Shown here in pieces: positions 25,210-37,427 of a stretch of 64,000 nucleotides of DNA (position 1 is the stretch's first letter; the number at the start of each line of letters is the position of its first letter). The notes beneath the pieces are model-generated. The model ran no database searches, was not told the origin of the DNA, and worked only from the letters and a program-made list of their open reading frames with translations. A program made the translations under genes and the position numbers. This DNA is from Kofleriaceae bacterium (lineage in GTDB: Bacteria > Myxococcota_A > Polyangia > Haliangiales > Haliangiaceae): positions 10,464 to 74,463 of the forward strand of contig DATBBB010000375.1 in NCBI GenBank assembly GCA_036271215.1. Reading direction: 5' to 3'.

Positions 25210-26867
25210 TCAAAACCAGACCGAGCCACCGAGCATGAACATCAGGTAGTGCGCCTGGTAGTCGCCCTGCGCGATCGGGCTATCGGCCTGGTTGGTGGTC
25301 GGCAACAGCGGGTTGATCGGATCGGGGCCCTGGTGCGGGACCGGACAGCTCGGCGCGGCCTGGGTCGGGTTGCACGGCTCGGCGGCATCGCCGTTGTTGG
25401 GGTTACTCGGCGAGCCCTCGAGCGCCGCGCCGAACCCGAGGTCGATCTCGAACCGGTTCGTGCGGTACGCCGCGCCGGCCGTCAGCGTGGTGCGCGCCGC
25501 GCCGTCGAGATCGGCGCGCAGCCAGCCGGTCTTGGCGACCGCGGTGTCGTAGCCGATGCCGCCGCGCAGGATGATCTCGTTCGACGAGCCGTCGGCGCGC
25601 GCGGCGCCGATCGGGACGTGGTAGCTGCCGCCGAGGTGGGCGCCGTAGCCGTCCTTGAACCCGTGGTGGACCGCCGACGTCATCAGGTTGATCCCGGCGA
25701 ACCGCGGGTCGATCTGCGCCTGGGCGTCGACGATCACGCGGTAGTCGCTCGGGCTGGTGCAGCTGCCGTCCTCGAACGAGTCCGCGCTGCAGGTCTTGCC
25801 CCAGTTCTCCCAGTCGAGGTCGAGCTCGACGTCGCCCTTGAGGTTGCCGTGGCGATCGAGGAACTTGTAGCGTCCCGCGATCGTCGCGTTCATCGGCAGC
25901 GCGAAATCGACGCACGCCCTGAGGTTGTCCGGGGTGCCGCCGGTCGCGCAGCGCGCCATGTCGTCGGACACCGGCTGGATCGTCACCGCCGATCCGGAGA
26001 TCCCGGCCTCGGGCCCCAGCGTCGACTGGGCGTTGCCCTTGGCGTGGACGTCGACCTCCGAGGTGTAGTTGGCAGCGAGCTCGATGTTCGGGGTCGGCCG
26101 ATAGGTCACGCCGATCCCGAACCCCGGCACGAAGTTGTCGCTCGCGTCGACGGCGAACACCGCGTCCTGCTTGACGTTCTCCTGGTAGTTGGGGAGCGGT
26201 GTGCCCCACAACGCGGTCGTCGACTTGAGCGACGCCTGGCCCGCGGTGAGCCGCAGCCCGACGTCGAGGTTGGGCAGCACGCTGTACGCGGCGACCAGCG
26301 ACGGCATGAGGAACGCCGCCTGCTGGAACATGATGTCGTACCGCGTGCTCGGCGGCGGCACGGTGAAGTCGTCGTTGAACTTGTACTTCAGGCAGCCGCT
26401 CGCGGTCTGCGTACACATGTCGCGGAACGGGTAGGCGTTCGGCGCGTAGACCCCGATGCCGAGGTGGAGCCCGGGGACCCTGCCGCCGAGATCGCTCAGC
26501 ACGCCGATGACTGGCACCGGCTGGGTCGAGCCGAAGCCGGTCGCCGGGTTCGAGGCGTTCTTGACCAGCGCGTATGGCTGGCCGGCGTACGGATAGTCCT
26601 CGCCCGGCACGTCGTCGTAGGTGCCGCGGCGCTGGAACTGCATCGCGTACTGCAGCATCGCCGCCGAGATCGTGATCGTGGTGCCGCTCGCCTTCGCGAT
26701 CCCGGCCGGGTTGAGCGGGATCGCCTCGCCGTCGTCTGCAGAGGCCACGCCCGCCCCGGCGCGCGAGGTCGAGATCGCGCCGGCGCCCGGCAGGAACAAG
26801 CCGCTACCCGCGCGCGCGAGCTGCGGGAGGCACACCGTCGCAGCACACAGCGCGAGCCGGGAAAGCT

Positions 26868-26871
<4 letters not shown>
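25210..26871 (-). CDS. Outer-membrane beta-barrel protein, FadL/OmpP1/TodX-like
   Basis: Signal peptide [21 protein letters not shown] is followed by an N-terminal [20 protein letters not shown] hatch-like motif. The sequence has alternating beta-strand character and ends in ...GGSVWF. The ATG at 26871 overlaps the mnmG stop as ATGA. Confidence 0.7.
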
Positions 26872-28838
<1,967 letters not shown>

Positions 28839-28842
28839 TGGA

Positions 28843-28908
28843 GAGGGGACCTTCCCGTCCCCTCTTCCGCGGCAAAGCCGCGAAATTCACCCCTCCGCGC
28901 GTCGCGTC
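28843..28908 (-). repeat. REP-like double-hairpin element, copy 3 (inverted orientation)
   Basis: Sequence aggggaccttcccgtcccctcttccgcggcaaagccgcgaaattcacccctccgcgcgtcgcg is the reverse complement of the copies at 6321 and 6393, with a few substitutions. Confidence 0.85.
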
Positions 28909-28953
28909 GCGCGACACGTTTCCATGGGGTGGCGAGCATGGCGGTTGGCGAGA

Positions 28954-29712
28954 TCATGAGCGCGGGGCGAGCGGATCCTGAGGTGGCGGCTCCGGCTCAT
29001 CGGGCGGATGGCGCTCGCCCTTGCCGCAGCTGTCGTCGCCGTGGTTCTTCCACGCCGCGAACTTGTAGATGTCGAGCGTGAACCGGACGACCAGCTCGCT
29101 CGGGTGCTCCTGATCGGGCGACTTGCCGTGGTCCCACGAGATCGCCTTGACCTTGGTCGTGCCGCAGCGGTCGTACAGGCCCTTCTTGACCCCGGTGTAC
29201 TGCGCCTTGTTGGCCTCGAGCTCGTCGTACGAGCACACCCCGGGCGAGCCGCAGGCGAACGCGAACGTGTCGTACCAGCTCTTGGTCCGCGTGCCGAGCT
29301 CGCGGATCTGCAGCGCGAGCGACACGCCGTCGGGGTTCGACGCCCGCAGCTCGACCTGCTGCACACCGCTCGGCAGATCGACGTAGAAGCACGCGTCGGC
29401 GCGCTCGGGGCTCTTGTAGAGCACGGTCGACTGGTTGATCGTCAGCCACAGATCGTACGGCGAGGGCCCGAGCCGGATCTCGAACCGCTTGTGGTCCACG
29501 TCGTCGGGCACGCCGGCCCCGCCATCGCCCGGGCCGTCGTCGCGGCACCGGCAGCGACCTTCCTGGCACAGGTTGCCGGCCAGGACCGCGTGGGTCTCCT
29601 TGGGCGGTGGCGGTGCGATCGCGACCTGGTGCGCCGAGCTCGCGCAGCCGAGCACCGCGAAGCCCGCGACGGCCAACGCGATCCCGGTGGGACGTACCGA
29701 AACCATACGCAT
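28954..29712 (-). CDS. Putative lipoprotein, Cys-containing, unknown function
   Basis: Trimmed to ATG 29712. [25 protein letters not shown] carries a lipobox. No recognised domain. Confidence 0.55.
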   Translation of the reverse strand: MRMVSVRPTGIALAVAGFAVLGCASSAHQVAIAPPPPKETHAVLAGNLCQEGRCRCRDDGPGDGGAGVPDDVDHKRFEIRLGPSPYDLWLTINQSTVLYKSPERADACFYVDLPSGVQQVELRASNPDGVSLALQIRELGTRTKSWYDTFAFACGSPGVCSYDELEANKAQYTGVKKGLYDRCGTTKVKAISWDHGKSPDQEHPSELVVRFTLDIYKFAAWKNHGDDSCGKGERHPPDEPEPPPQDPLAPRS

Positions 29713-29910
29713 GCCGTGGTTATCGCACGGCCGCGGCCTCCACACGCCGCGCCTATCACGTCCCCGGCCCGGGCCAGGCAACGCCAACCCCGGCCCGGCG
29801 GTCTATTCGCCGCGGTTGATCCCCTGCGGTCGGCAGTGTATCAACCGTACCTTGGAGCTCAGATCGCGCCCCAGCGGGCCTACTCCGGCAGGATTCCTCG
29901 GCAAACGCTC

Positions 29911-30921
29911 ATGACTTCGAAGAAATTGCTCCTGGTGATCGCGCTCTGTGCCCTCGGTGCTGCCGCGTGCGGCGCCAAGTCGGGCTCCGGCTCCGTCGAG
30001 TACTCGGTCTCGGCCCAGAAGAACTACGACAAGGGCCTCAAGGAGATCGAGGAAAAGGACTGGATCGCGGCCGCCAAGTACTTCGGGTTCATCAAGACCC
30101 GGTTCCCGTACTCCAAGTACGCGGTGCTCGCCGAGCTCCGGCTCGCCGACGCCGAGTTCGGCGCCGAGCAGTACCTCGAGGCGATCGACAGCTACCGGCT
30201 GTTCATCAAGTTTCATCCGACCCACGAGATGGTCGCCAACGGCTATGCGACGTTCCGGATCGGCGAGGGCTACTTCAAGCAGCTGTCGGGCGACTTCTGG
30301 TTGTTCCCGCCGAGCTTCGAGAAGGACCAGTCGTCGACCGAGGACGCCGCGAACGAGCTCAAGAGCTTCCTCGACAAGTATCCGGACTCGCCGTACCGCG
30401 ACCGGGCCAAGGAGATCATCGTCAAGGTCGGCAAGCGGCTCGCCGATCACGAGTGGTACGTCGCGCGCTACTACTGGGATCGCGGCAAGCCGATGGGCAC
30501 CGTGATCCGGTTGCGCCGGCTGCTCGAGCGCTATCGCGGGGTCGGCTACGACGAGGAGGCGCTGTGGCTGCTCGGCCGGGCCTATGTCGCCGTCGCGATG
30601 AACGATCGCGCCAAGGGCGTGTGGTCCGAGCTGGTCGACAAGTACCCCAAGAGCCCGCGCGCCGGCGACGCCAAGACCGCGCTCCTGGGGATGCACGTCA
30701 GCGTGGCGCCCAAGGCCACGCCGGTAGGTCCGCTCGCGCCGTCGGCCCCGGCGGCGCCGGCCCCGATCGCGCCGGCGGCCAGGCCGGCGTCGCCGCCCGC
30801 GACCGTGCCCGATCCCGATGCGCCGCCCCGGTCGGCTGCCCCGGGCGCCCCGGCGCCGGCCGCACCCGCACCGAACACCCCGTCGACTCCCGGCACCGGC
30901 GGCGGCACCGGTCCGAGCTGA
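29911..30921 (+). CDS. bamD: Outer membrane protein assembly factor BamD (YfiO-like TPR lipoprotein) with a Pro/Ala-rich tail
   Basis: [21 protein letters not shown] carries a lipobox. The [33 protein letters not shown] and [10 protein letters not shown] patterns are typical of BamD. Confidence 0.8.
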   Translation: MTSKKLLLVIALCALGAAACGAKSGSGSVEYSVSAQKNYDKGLKEIEEKDWIAAAKYFGFIKTRFPYSKYAVLAELRLADAEFGAEQYLEAIDSYRLFIKFHPTHEMVANGYATFRIGEGYFKQLSGDFWLFPPSFEKDQSSTEDAANELKSFLDKYPDSPYRDRAKEIIVKVGKRLADHEWYVARYYWDRGKPMGTVIRLRRLLERYRGVGYDEEALWLLGRAYVAVAMNDRAKGVWSELVDKYPKSPRAGDAKTALLGMHVSVAPKATPVGPLAPSAPAAPAPIAPAARPASPPATVPDPDAPPRSAAPGAPAPAAPAPNTPSTPGTGGGTGPS

Positions 30922-30950
30922 CCGCGGCGCTCGCGGTGCTCACCGCCCTG

Positions 30951-30996
30951 GGCACCGCGTTGATCACTGCCCCGGCACCGCGTTGATCACTGCCCC
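30951..30996. repeat. 23-bp tandem duplication (ggcaccgcgttgatcactgcccc x2) in the bamD/TPR gene spacer
   Basis: Direct reading shows 30951-30973 repeated exactly at 30974-30996. Confidence 0.8.
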
Positions 30997-31037
30997 GGCA
31001 CCGCCCCCGGCACCGCCTGCGTTACTCTCGGGCGGTC

Positions 31038-31772
31038 ATGGTGGACCGTATCGAGCAGCTGATCATGCAGGGCCGCGAGCACTACAACGCCGGTGAGCTC
31101 GAGCGCGCCGAGCCGTTCCTCGCCGACGCGGTCGCGGCCAAGCCGAGCTTCCCCGATGTCTACAACATGCTCGGCGTGATCTATCACGCCCAGGGCAGGT
31201 TCCAGGATGCCGAGGAAGCGTTCGAGACCGCGCTGCGGCTGAACCCGCGCTACACCGAGGCCGCGCTCAACCTGTCGGTCACCTACAACGATCGCGGCAA
31301 GTACGACCGCGCGCGCGAGGTCTACGGCAAGGTGATGTCGGCCAGCGTCGGCCAGCCCAACGCGCTCGACCAGTTCGCGCGCGGCAAGCTCGCCAACATG
31401 CACGCCGACCTCGGCGCCGCCTACGCCGGGCTCGCGATGTTCGACGAGGCGGTCCGCGAGTACGCCAAGGCGCTCGAGCTGTGCCCCGAGTTCGCGGACC
31501 TGCGGGTCCGGCTCGGCAACGTCTACCGCGACATGGGCGCCCACCAGGCCGCGATCACCGAGCTCGAGCACGCCAAGCGGATCCGCCCCGACTATATTCC
31601 GGCGCGCATCCACCTCGGCGTGACCCTGTTCTCGCTCGGCCGGCGCGACGCCGCGATCGCCGAGTGGCAGGCGGTGCTCGCGACCGATCCGACCCACAAG
31701 TCGGCCCAGCTCTACCTGCGCATGGTCAGCGACGAGAACGGCCCCAAGCCGGGCAGCGCGCTGCCGCGCTGA
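31038..31772 (+). CDS. TPR repeat protein
   Basis: Repeated 34-aa TPR-like units are present: [45 protein letters not shown] and [21 protein letters not shown]. Confidence 0.75.
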   Translation: MVDRIEQLIMQGREHYNAGELERAEPFLADAVAAKPSFPDVYNMLGVIYHAQGRFQDAEEAFETALRLNPRYTEAALNLSVTYNDRGKYDRAREVYGKVMSASVGQPNALDQFARGKLANMHADLGAAYAGLAMFDEAVREYAKALELCPEFADLRVRLGNVYRDMGAHQAAITELEHAKRIRPDYIPARIHLGVTLFSLGRRDAAIAEWQAVLATDPTHKSAQLYLRMVSDENGPKPGSALPR

Positions 31773-31809
31773 TGGCACCCGCGGGCCTCGAGGGCCGGGC
31801 GGCGGTCGG

Positions 31810-32715
31810 TCACGACCGCGGCGGCACCGGTTGCGCCGAGCCCGACCCGGTCGGCACCGGCGCCAGCGGTTGCACCGGCACCGGCGCCGCACGCTTCGGG
31901 CCGCGGCCGCCGAGCCGCATGGTCACCCCGACCCCGATCCCGGGGCCGTACTGCACCGGGTCCGCCACCAGATCCTGATGGACCACGACCAGCCCCGACA
32001 GCCAGTCGCTGAGCTCGACCGACACGCCGGCCTCGAGCAGGACGTTGAACGGCCCGCTCTCCACGTCGTTGTCACCATTGTCGATCGCCACGTCGAAGTC
32101 CTTGCGCTTCGTCGTCGGGTGGTTGCGGCCATAGACTCCGCCGAAGTAGGTCAGCCGGCCGGCCTTGTAGCTCGGCGTCACCCCGAGCCCGAGGGTCAGC
32201 GGGTTCGCGCGGCCGCGATCGACCACGGTGAACGGCGAGTCGCAGTCCGTGCAGGTCTGGTACTGGACGTACGGCAGCGACCACACCATGAGGTCGGTCT
32301 GCAGGCCGACCGACAGCGCCGGGATCGAGGTCTGGATCGAGTAGCCGAACGCCACGCCGTAGCCCTCGACGTCGCCGCCCTTGACCGGCGCCTGGGTCGG
32401 ATCCGGGGTCTTCGACGTCGACGCGAAGCCCCGATCGTAGACCAGCCCGAGCTGCCCGCGATCGCCGACCCGGAACCGCAGCTCGTCGCGCATCTCCGTG
32501 CTCGGGACCTCCACGGCCTGCGTCGCGTCGCCCACGCTCGGCTTGATGAAGTCGGTCACGTTACCGAGCCCGGCGCTGACCTCGGCCGGCGACTCCATCG
32601 GCTGCCCCGAGCTGAGCGGCACGCTCGGATGCGGCACCCGCGCGCTGCGCTGAACGTTCCCAACACACCCGGCAACCACCGGCAAGACCACGACGACGAC
32701 ACGTAGGCTAGACAT
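31810..32715 (-). CDS. Putative outer-membrane lipoprotein / small beta-barrel
   Basis: [17 protein letters not shown] carries a lipobox. The body is beta-rich ([26 protein letters not shown]). The start may be 32715 or 32733. Confidence 0.5.
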   Translation of the reverse strand: MSSLRVVVVVLPVVAGCVGNVQRSARVPHPSVPLSSGQPMESPAEVSAGLGNVTDFIKPSVGDATQAVEVPSTEMRDELRFRVGDRGQLGLVYDRGFASTSKTPDPTQAPVKGGDVEGYGVAFGYSIQTSIPALSVGLQTDLMVWSLPYVQYQTCTDCDSPFTVVDRGRANPLTLGLGVTPSYKAGRLTYFGGVYGRNHPTTKRKDFDVAIDNGDNDVESGPFNVLLEAGVSVELSDWLSGLVVVHQDLVADPVQYGPGIGVGVTMRLGGRGPKRAAPVPVQPLAPVPTGSGSAQPVPPRS

Positions 32716-32904
32716 GCGGATCCCTCCTAGCAAATCGCGCGCTCGATCCTCTCCTCGGCCCGCCTCGATCCTCTCCCCGTCCGCCCTCGCCGCTTCGCGG
32801 CCTTACGCCTCGCCGGCTTGTCGCCCGTTGTCGAACCGCCGAACCTCCGCCGTTCGCCTGTCCAAAGTCCACCAGCCGGCCGGCGCGCTGCGCCAAAGCC
32901 CGGA

Positions 32905-33330
32905 TCATCCAGGGAGCGGTCCGAGCGCTGCGACGACCGCTTCCACCTCGCGCGTGATCCGGATCATCGACTCCAGCAGCTTCACGTCGACGTCTGTGCT
33001 GCCTTCGTACTCGACCAGGTTGCGTTTCTTGTGCGCTTGATCGAGCACGCGCCACTTCGGCGGAGCCAGCCCCACGGTGTGCTGCAGGGACTGAAATACG
33101 AGGAACCTGTTCTCACTGCGGTAACCGTGGAAGCGCAACGCGGCCAGCGAGAATGCATGCGCCGCGTTGTAGGCAAGATCGAACCGACTCTCGATGCTGA
33201 GCTGAGCATTCTCGGCGTCCTTGATCCGCGCCGCTCCCGAACGCATCAGGCCATCGAGCTCCGGTTGCGTCGCGAGCTCGGCCTTGAGTTGGCCGATGCG
33301 GACCAGGTTATCGAGCTGAGGCGACGGCAT
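32905..33330 (-). CDS. HEPN-like small protein (putative partner of the upstream nucleotidyltransferase)
   Basis: 141 aa and all-helical in appearance. It has an RVLDQAH (R-x5-H) string followed by KRNLVEY, which resembles the DUF86/HEPN RNxxxH region with Y in the H position. It overlaps the upstream gene by 23 bp and lies in a low-GC islet. Confidence 0.45.
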   Translation of the reverse strand: MPSPQLDNLVRIGQLKAELATQPELDGLMRSGAARIKDAENAQLSIESRFDLAYNAAHAFSLAALRFHGYRSENRFLVFQSLQHTVGLAPPKWRVLDQAHKKRNLVEYEGSTDVDVKLLESMIRITREVEAVVAALGPLPG

Positions 33331-33955
33331 CTTCGCTTCCCACCAGTACCATGTGCTTGCCTGTGAGCACCCGGCTCACGAACGACTGACCATCGCGGCG
33401 ACGGCGATGAAATTCGTCACTGGTGTATAACGTCGGACTGACGTGACGCCCGAGCCGCCGCTCGGCGCGCTGCAGCGCGGCAAACACGTCCTCGAGCGCG
33501 AGCGCATCGGACACCAATAGCACATCGATGTCGCTCGCCGCCGTGTCGTTCTGTTTTGCAACCGATCCATAGAGCACTGCCAGCTGCAGGCTCGATCCTA
33601 GCGGCGCGAGCGCGATCCGAAGCTGCTCTGGAACGCCGGTGGTCTTCTCGACGATCGACCTCAGCTCTTCGAAGATCGGGGCAGCCGTGTTCGCCCGGTA
33701 GAATTTTTGGCGGCCGATCGAGCTCGTTACCACCAACTTGCTATCGAGCAGCCGCTTGAGCTCACGCTGCACGGCACCCGACCCTGAATCAGCCAGCCCG
33801 ATCAACTCCGACGTGCCGAACGCTCGCTCCGGCTGGCCGAACAACAATGAGAACACGCGTTGCTGCGTCTGGGAGAACAAGGCATCTGCGATGCGCCGGA
33901 TGCCGGTGCTGCCATGTCTGTCCACTATACCCATTTTGGGTATTATATCACCCAT
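33308..33955 (-). CDS. Winged-HTH + minimal nucleotidyltransferase (MNT, Pol-beta superfamily) fusion protein
   Basis: QTQQRVFSLLFGQPERAFGTSELIGLADSGSGAVQRELKRLLDSKLV is wHTH-like. LYGSVAKQNDTAASDIDVLLVSD matches the GS-x(n)-DxD NTase motif. An alternative start at 33934 (MGIVDRHG) is possible because the first codons overlap operator-like palindromes. Confidence 0.7.
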   Translation of the reverse strand: MGDIIPKMGIVDRHGSTGIRRIADALFSQTQQRVFSLLFGQPERAFGTSELIGLADSGSGAVQRELKRLLDSKLVVTSSIGRQKFYRANTAAPIFEELRSIVEKTTGVPEQLRIALAPLGSSLQLAVLYGSVAKQNDTAASDIDVLLVSDALALEDVFAALQRAERRLGRHVSPTLYTSDEFHRRRRDGQSFVSRVLTGKHMVLVGSEDAVASAR

Positions 33956-34036
33956 TCTGGGTATTAAATCAACATAGAGAACTCAAAATAAGGTCACTTT
34001 TACCCATTTTGGGTATTAAGATGCCCACTTTGGGTA
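33928..34036. promoter_or_regulatory. Four operator-like palindromes TACCCA-N3-TGGGTA arranged as two pairs
   Basis: The sites are tacccattttgggta (33928-33942), cacccattctgggta (33949-33963), tacccattttgggta (34001-34015) and tgcccactttgggta (34022-34036). Spacing within each pair is 21 bp. The context is AT-rich, at and upstream of the wHTH-NTase start. Confidence 0.5.
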
Positions 34037-34053
34037 GAATCGCTGGCCGGGCA

Positions 34054-35202
34054 CTACTTGTCGTCGGAGCCTTGGTCGTCTGGCTTGCTGCCCGGCGGCA
34101 GCTGCAGGATGACGGCGTAGTCGTTGATCGGCTTGGCGAGGACCTCGGCGACGCTGCCCTCGCCGTCGTCGATCACGCTGCGGATCGAGATCGCGTCGGC
34201 GACGCCGCGGCGCTTCATGCGGCGGATGATCGCAGAGTCGTGGCAATGGCCGTTGCCGGCGAGCAAGATCAGGTGGCCGCCGGGGTTGGCGGCGAGCCAC
34301 CGGGCGGCGGTGTCGGCCATGGTCTCGTCCCAGATGACCTGGACGGTGTAGACCCGGTCGGCGCTCGGCATCTCGGCGTCGCCGTCATCGGCGTGGGCCG
34401 GCACCGAGGGCGAGGGCGAGGGCGAGGACGAGGGCGAGGGCGAGGACGACGGAGCGGGCGGTGACGGGGCCTTGGCTTCGGCGGGCTCGGCCGCGTGGCC
34501 GTGGGCCGCGCTGCCGCCCATGTCCTCCATGAGGGCGTCGAACCACGCGCGGTGCGAGGCATCGTCGAGCACGAGCTCGGGCAGCTGGGCGCGCTCGTCG
34601 GGCGTGAGCGACCCCAGGCCGTGGTGCACGACCTTCTTGGTCAGCTCGCGGACCGCGTTGGCGGCGAGCAACTGGGCGCCCGCCGCGACCGCGGCGTCGA
34701 TCGTCGGGCCGTAGAACCCGTAGTCGTAGCCCCAGCGATCGGCGTAGCCGGTGCGCGACCGCAGCTGGGTGGCGTCGATCTTCTTGGCGGCATACTCGTC
34801 GAGCGCGCCCTGGAACGGTCGCTGGAACATCTCCATCGCGAGCGCGAGCTTGGTGCCCTTGGGCAGCCGCTGCGCGAGCTCGCGCACGACGTGGAGCTGG
34901 ACCCAGTGGTGGTGCGGGTTGGAGTGCTCCTCGCCGATGCACACCGCGCGCGCCGCCGCGAGCCGGGTCCAGAACGCGGCCTCGTCGACCGACTTGTTGG
35001 TCCGCGCGTCGACGATCTGGTACGGCAGCGCCGCGGCCTCGATCCCGGATCCCGGGCCGGAGCCCGGCACGCCCGCGGGGCCGCCGTCCGCTGCGGTCCG
35101 CGGATGTGCGGGCGCGCCGTAGGTGCCGCCACACGCGGCCGCCGCGAGCGCCACCATGCTCGCGAAGGCCCAAACCACACATCGGCGGGGCGATCCTGAC
35201 AT
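34054..35202 (-). CDS. ChaN-like (haem-binding uptake, Tiki superfamily) lipoprotein with an internal Ser/Pro repeat insert
   Basis: VALAAAACG carries a lipobox. CIGEEHSNPHHHWVQL and LLAGNGHC are typical of the ChaN/PF04187 family. The insert is PSPPAPSSSPSPSSSPSPSPS. Confidence 0.7.
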   Translation of the reverse strand: MSGSPRRCVVWAFASMVALAAAACGGTYGAPAHPRTAADGGPAGVPGSGPGSGIEAAALPYQIVDARTNKSVDEAAFWTRLAAARAVCIGEEHSNPHHHWVQLHVVRELAQRLPKGTKLALAMEMFQRPFQGALDEYAAKKIDATQLRSRTGYADRWGYDYGFYGPTIDAAVAAGAQLLAANAVRELTKKVVHHGLGSLTPDERAQLPELVLDDASHRAWFDALMEDMGGSAAHGHAAEPAEAKAPSPPAPSSSPSPSSSPSPSPSVPAHADDGDAEMPSADRVYTVQVIWDETMADTAARWLAANPGGHLILLAGNGHCHDSAIIRRMKRRGVADAISIRSVIDDGEGSVAEVLAKPINDYAVILQLPPGSKPDDQGSDDK

Positions 35203-35225
35203 GGCGACGATGGTACACCGACGGC

Positions 35226-36287
35226 GTGACGTTGCCGTACCTCACATCAGGCCTCGCGGGCACCGGTGGCGTGCTGCGCGTCACCGCCGACGACTTCGTG
35301 GTCGACGAGGTGTTGCCGTACGCGCCCTCGGGTGCCGGCGATCACGTGTTCGCGCGGATCGAGAAGCGCGGGCTGACCTCGCCGGCCGCGGCGCAGGCGC
35401 TGGCGCGCGCACTCGGCGTCCACGACCGCGACATCGGGATCGCCGGCATGAAGGACCGCCACGCGGTGACCCGCCAGTGGATGTCGCTGCCGCCGCCGGT
35501 GACGCCGGAGCAGGCGCTCGCCGTCGAGCTGCCCGATCTGCGCGTGCTCGAGGCCCACCGCCACCCGCACAAGCTGCGGACCGGCCACGTGCGCGCCAAC
35601 CGGTTCGTGCTGCGGGTCCGCAACACCGTGCGCGACGCCGCCGAGCACGCCCGCGCGATCCTCGACGCGCTCGCCGCCGCCCCCGGCGCACCCAACTGGT
35701 ACGGCGAGCAGCGGTTTGGCCGCGACGGCGACAACGCGGCGCGCGGCCGCGCGCTGGTGCTCGGCGAGCAACCGCCGGGCCGCGATCGCCGGCTGGCGCG
35801 CCTGATGGTGTCCGCGCTGCAGTCGCAGATGTTCAATGACTGGCTGGTCGCGCGGATCGCCGACGGGCTGTACCGCACCGCGATCGCCGGCGATCTGCTG
35901 CACAAGCGCGGCGGCGGGATGTTCGAGTGCAGCGATCCGGCGACCGACACCGCGCGGCTCACCGCCGGCGAGCTGGTCGTCACCGGGCCGATGTTCGGCG
36001 ATCGCATGCGGCAACCTCCGGAAGGGTCTGCCGCTGCGGAGCGCGAGGCGCAGATCCTGTCGCACCACCAGCTCGATCGCGCGGCGTTCGCCCGGGTCCG
36101 CGCGATCGCGGAGGGCACGCGGCGCGACGCCACCGTCGAGGTCAGCGACGTCCGGGTGACATCGATCGACCCTTCGACCATCGAGGTCGGGTTTGCGTTG
36201 CCCGGCGGCGCCTACGCCACCGCGGTCATGCGCGAGGTTCAGAAGCTGCCAGCGCATCCGGTCGACGGCGACCCGGAAGGTGCGTAA
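35226..36287 (+). CDS. truD: tRNA pseudouridine(13) synthase TruD
   Basis: Contains GIAGMKDRHAVTRQW (catalytic Asp context), NWYGEQRFG and SALQSQMFN. A GTG start at 35226 is proposed because upstream in-frame codons overlap the divergent ChaN gene. Confidence 0.85.
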   Translation: MTLPYLTSGLAGTGGVLRVTADDFVVDEVLPYAPSGAGDHVFARIEKRGLTSPAAAQALARALGVHDRDIGIAGMKDRHAVTRQWMSLPPPVTPEQALAVELPDLRVLEAHRHPHKLRTGHVRANRFVLRVRNTVRDAAEHARAILDALAAAPGAPNWYGEQRFGRDGDNAARGRALVLGEQPPGRDRRLARLMVSALQSQMFNDWLVARIADGLYRTAIAGDLLHKRGGGMFECSDPATDTARLTAGELVVTGPMFGDRMRQPPEGSAAAEREAQILSHHQLDRAAFARVRAIAEGTRRDATVEVSDVRVTSIDPSTIEVGFALPGGAYATAVMREVQKLPAHPVDGDPEGA

Positions 36288-36298
36288 CACTCGGGTCG

Positions 36299-37021
36299 AT
36301 GGACCTCTCACACGCGTTCGTCGATTTCGCCCAGCTGGGCGCCAACTGGGTGCTGTGGTTGCTGGTCGGCCTGTCCGTGGTCTCGGTCGGGGTCATGATC
36401 GACCGCGCGCTGTGGTTCCGCAACCGCGATACCGACAGCGAGCGGTTCATCCGCGAGCTGCGCGGCGCGTTCGATCGCGGCGAGATCGATCGGCTGAACG
36501 CCAAGTACCTCGATGATCCCGCCGTGCCGCTCCAGGTCGCGCTGCGCGGGCTCGCGGTCCGGTCCCACGGCGCCGAGGCGGTCGCCGAGGCGATGCACAG
36601 CGAGCGCGCCCGCTGGCGGCGCGCGGCCGATCGCAACTTGATCATCCTGGGCACGCTCGGCAACAACGTGCCGTTCGTCGGGTTATTCGGCACCGTGCTC
36701 GGCGTGATCAACGCGTTCCAGCACCTGGCGCTGAAGTCGGCGGATGCCGAGAAGGAGACGCTGTCGACGATCGCCGAGGCGCTGAGCGCGACCGCGATCG
36801 GCCTCCTGGTCGCGATCCCGGCGGTGATCGCGTTCAACTTCTTCAGCCGCAAGGTCCGCGTCCTGATGGGCAGCGCCGACGAGATCGCGCACGCCGTGCT
36901 GGCGATGATACACGGCGCGGCGCACGACCAGCCAGGTGCCAGGCCTGCCGCCGACAAGACCGGCACCGAGCCCGCCGCCGCCGACCAGGCCGGCCAGGAC
37001 AAGGCCCATGGCGGGAGGTAG
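36299..37021 (+). CDS. exbB: MotA/TolQ/ExbB proton-channel protein
   Basis: LGTLGNNVPFVGLFGTVLGVINAF and AIGLLVAIPAVIAFNFF match the MotA_ExbB signature. Confidence 0.85.
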   Translation: MDLSHAFVDFAQLGANWVLWLLVGLSVVSVGVMIDRALWFRNRDTDSERFIRELRGAFDRGEIDRLNAKYLDDPAVPLQVALRGLAVRSHGAEAVAEAMHSERARWRRAADRNLIILGTLGNNVPFVGLFGTVLGVINAFQHLALKSADAEKETLSTIAEALSATAIGLLVAIPAVIAFNFFSRKVRVLMGSADEIAHAVLAMIHGAAHDQPGARPAADKTGTEPAAADQAGQDKAHGGR

Positions 37022-37427
37022 CCTGTATCACGACGACGACGAGGGCGGTGGCGCGATCACCGACATCAACGTCACGCCGTTCGTCGACGTCGTGCTGGTG
37101 CTGCTCGTCGTGTTCATCGTGACCGCGAAGCTGATCGTCGCGCGCGGCGTCGAGATCGACAAGCCCAAGGCCGCGACCGGCGGCGAGGTCCAGAGCACGT
37201 TGCGGGTCTCGGTCAACGCCGGCGGTGAGCTGTTCGTCAACGGCGACAAGTACCCCGATGACACCGGCGCGCTGGCGCGGATCAAGCAGATCGCGGCGAC
37301 GACGTCCAAGCCCAAGGCGATCATCGCCGGCGATCGCAAGAGCGCGTACGGCGGCGTGATGCGCGCGATCGACCTGGTCCAGCAAGCGGGAGTCACCGCG
37401 ATCGCGCTCGAGAACGAGCGCCCGTGA
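37008..37427 (+). CDS. exbD: Biopolymer transport protein ExbD/TolR
   Basis: Contains ITDINVTPFVDVVLVLLVVFIV and a C-terminal periplasmic domain. It overlaps the exbB end. Confidence 0.85.
   Translation: MAGGSLYHDDDEGGGAITDINVTPFVDVVLVLLVVFIVTAKLIVARGVEIDKPKAATGGEVQSTLRVSVNAGGELFVNGDKYPDDTGALARIKQIAATTSKPKAIIAGDRKSAYGGVMRAIDLVQQAGVTAIALENERP

Noticed and set aside
29853-29867. Sigma-54-like motif TGGAGC-N5-TCGC upstream of bamD
   Set aside because: The GG/GC spacing is right but there are three mismatches to consensus. A housekeeping bamD gene is an unlikely sigma-54 target, so this is probably chance in GC-rich DNA.
31765-31780. TGGCAC hexamer after the TPR gene stop
   Set aside because: There is no GC dinucleotide at the -12 position (TGGCAC-CCGCG-GGCC) and no downstream gene in that orientation.
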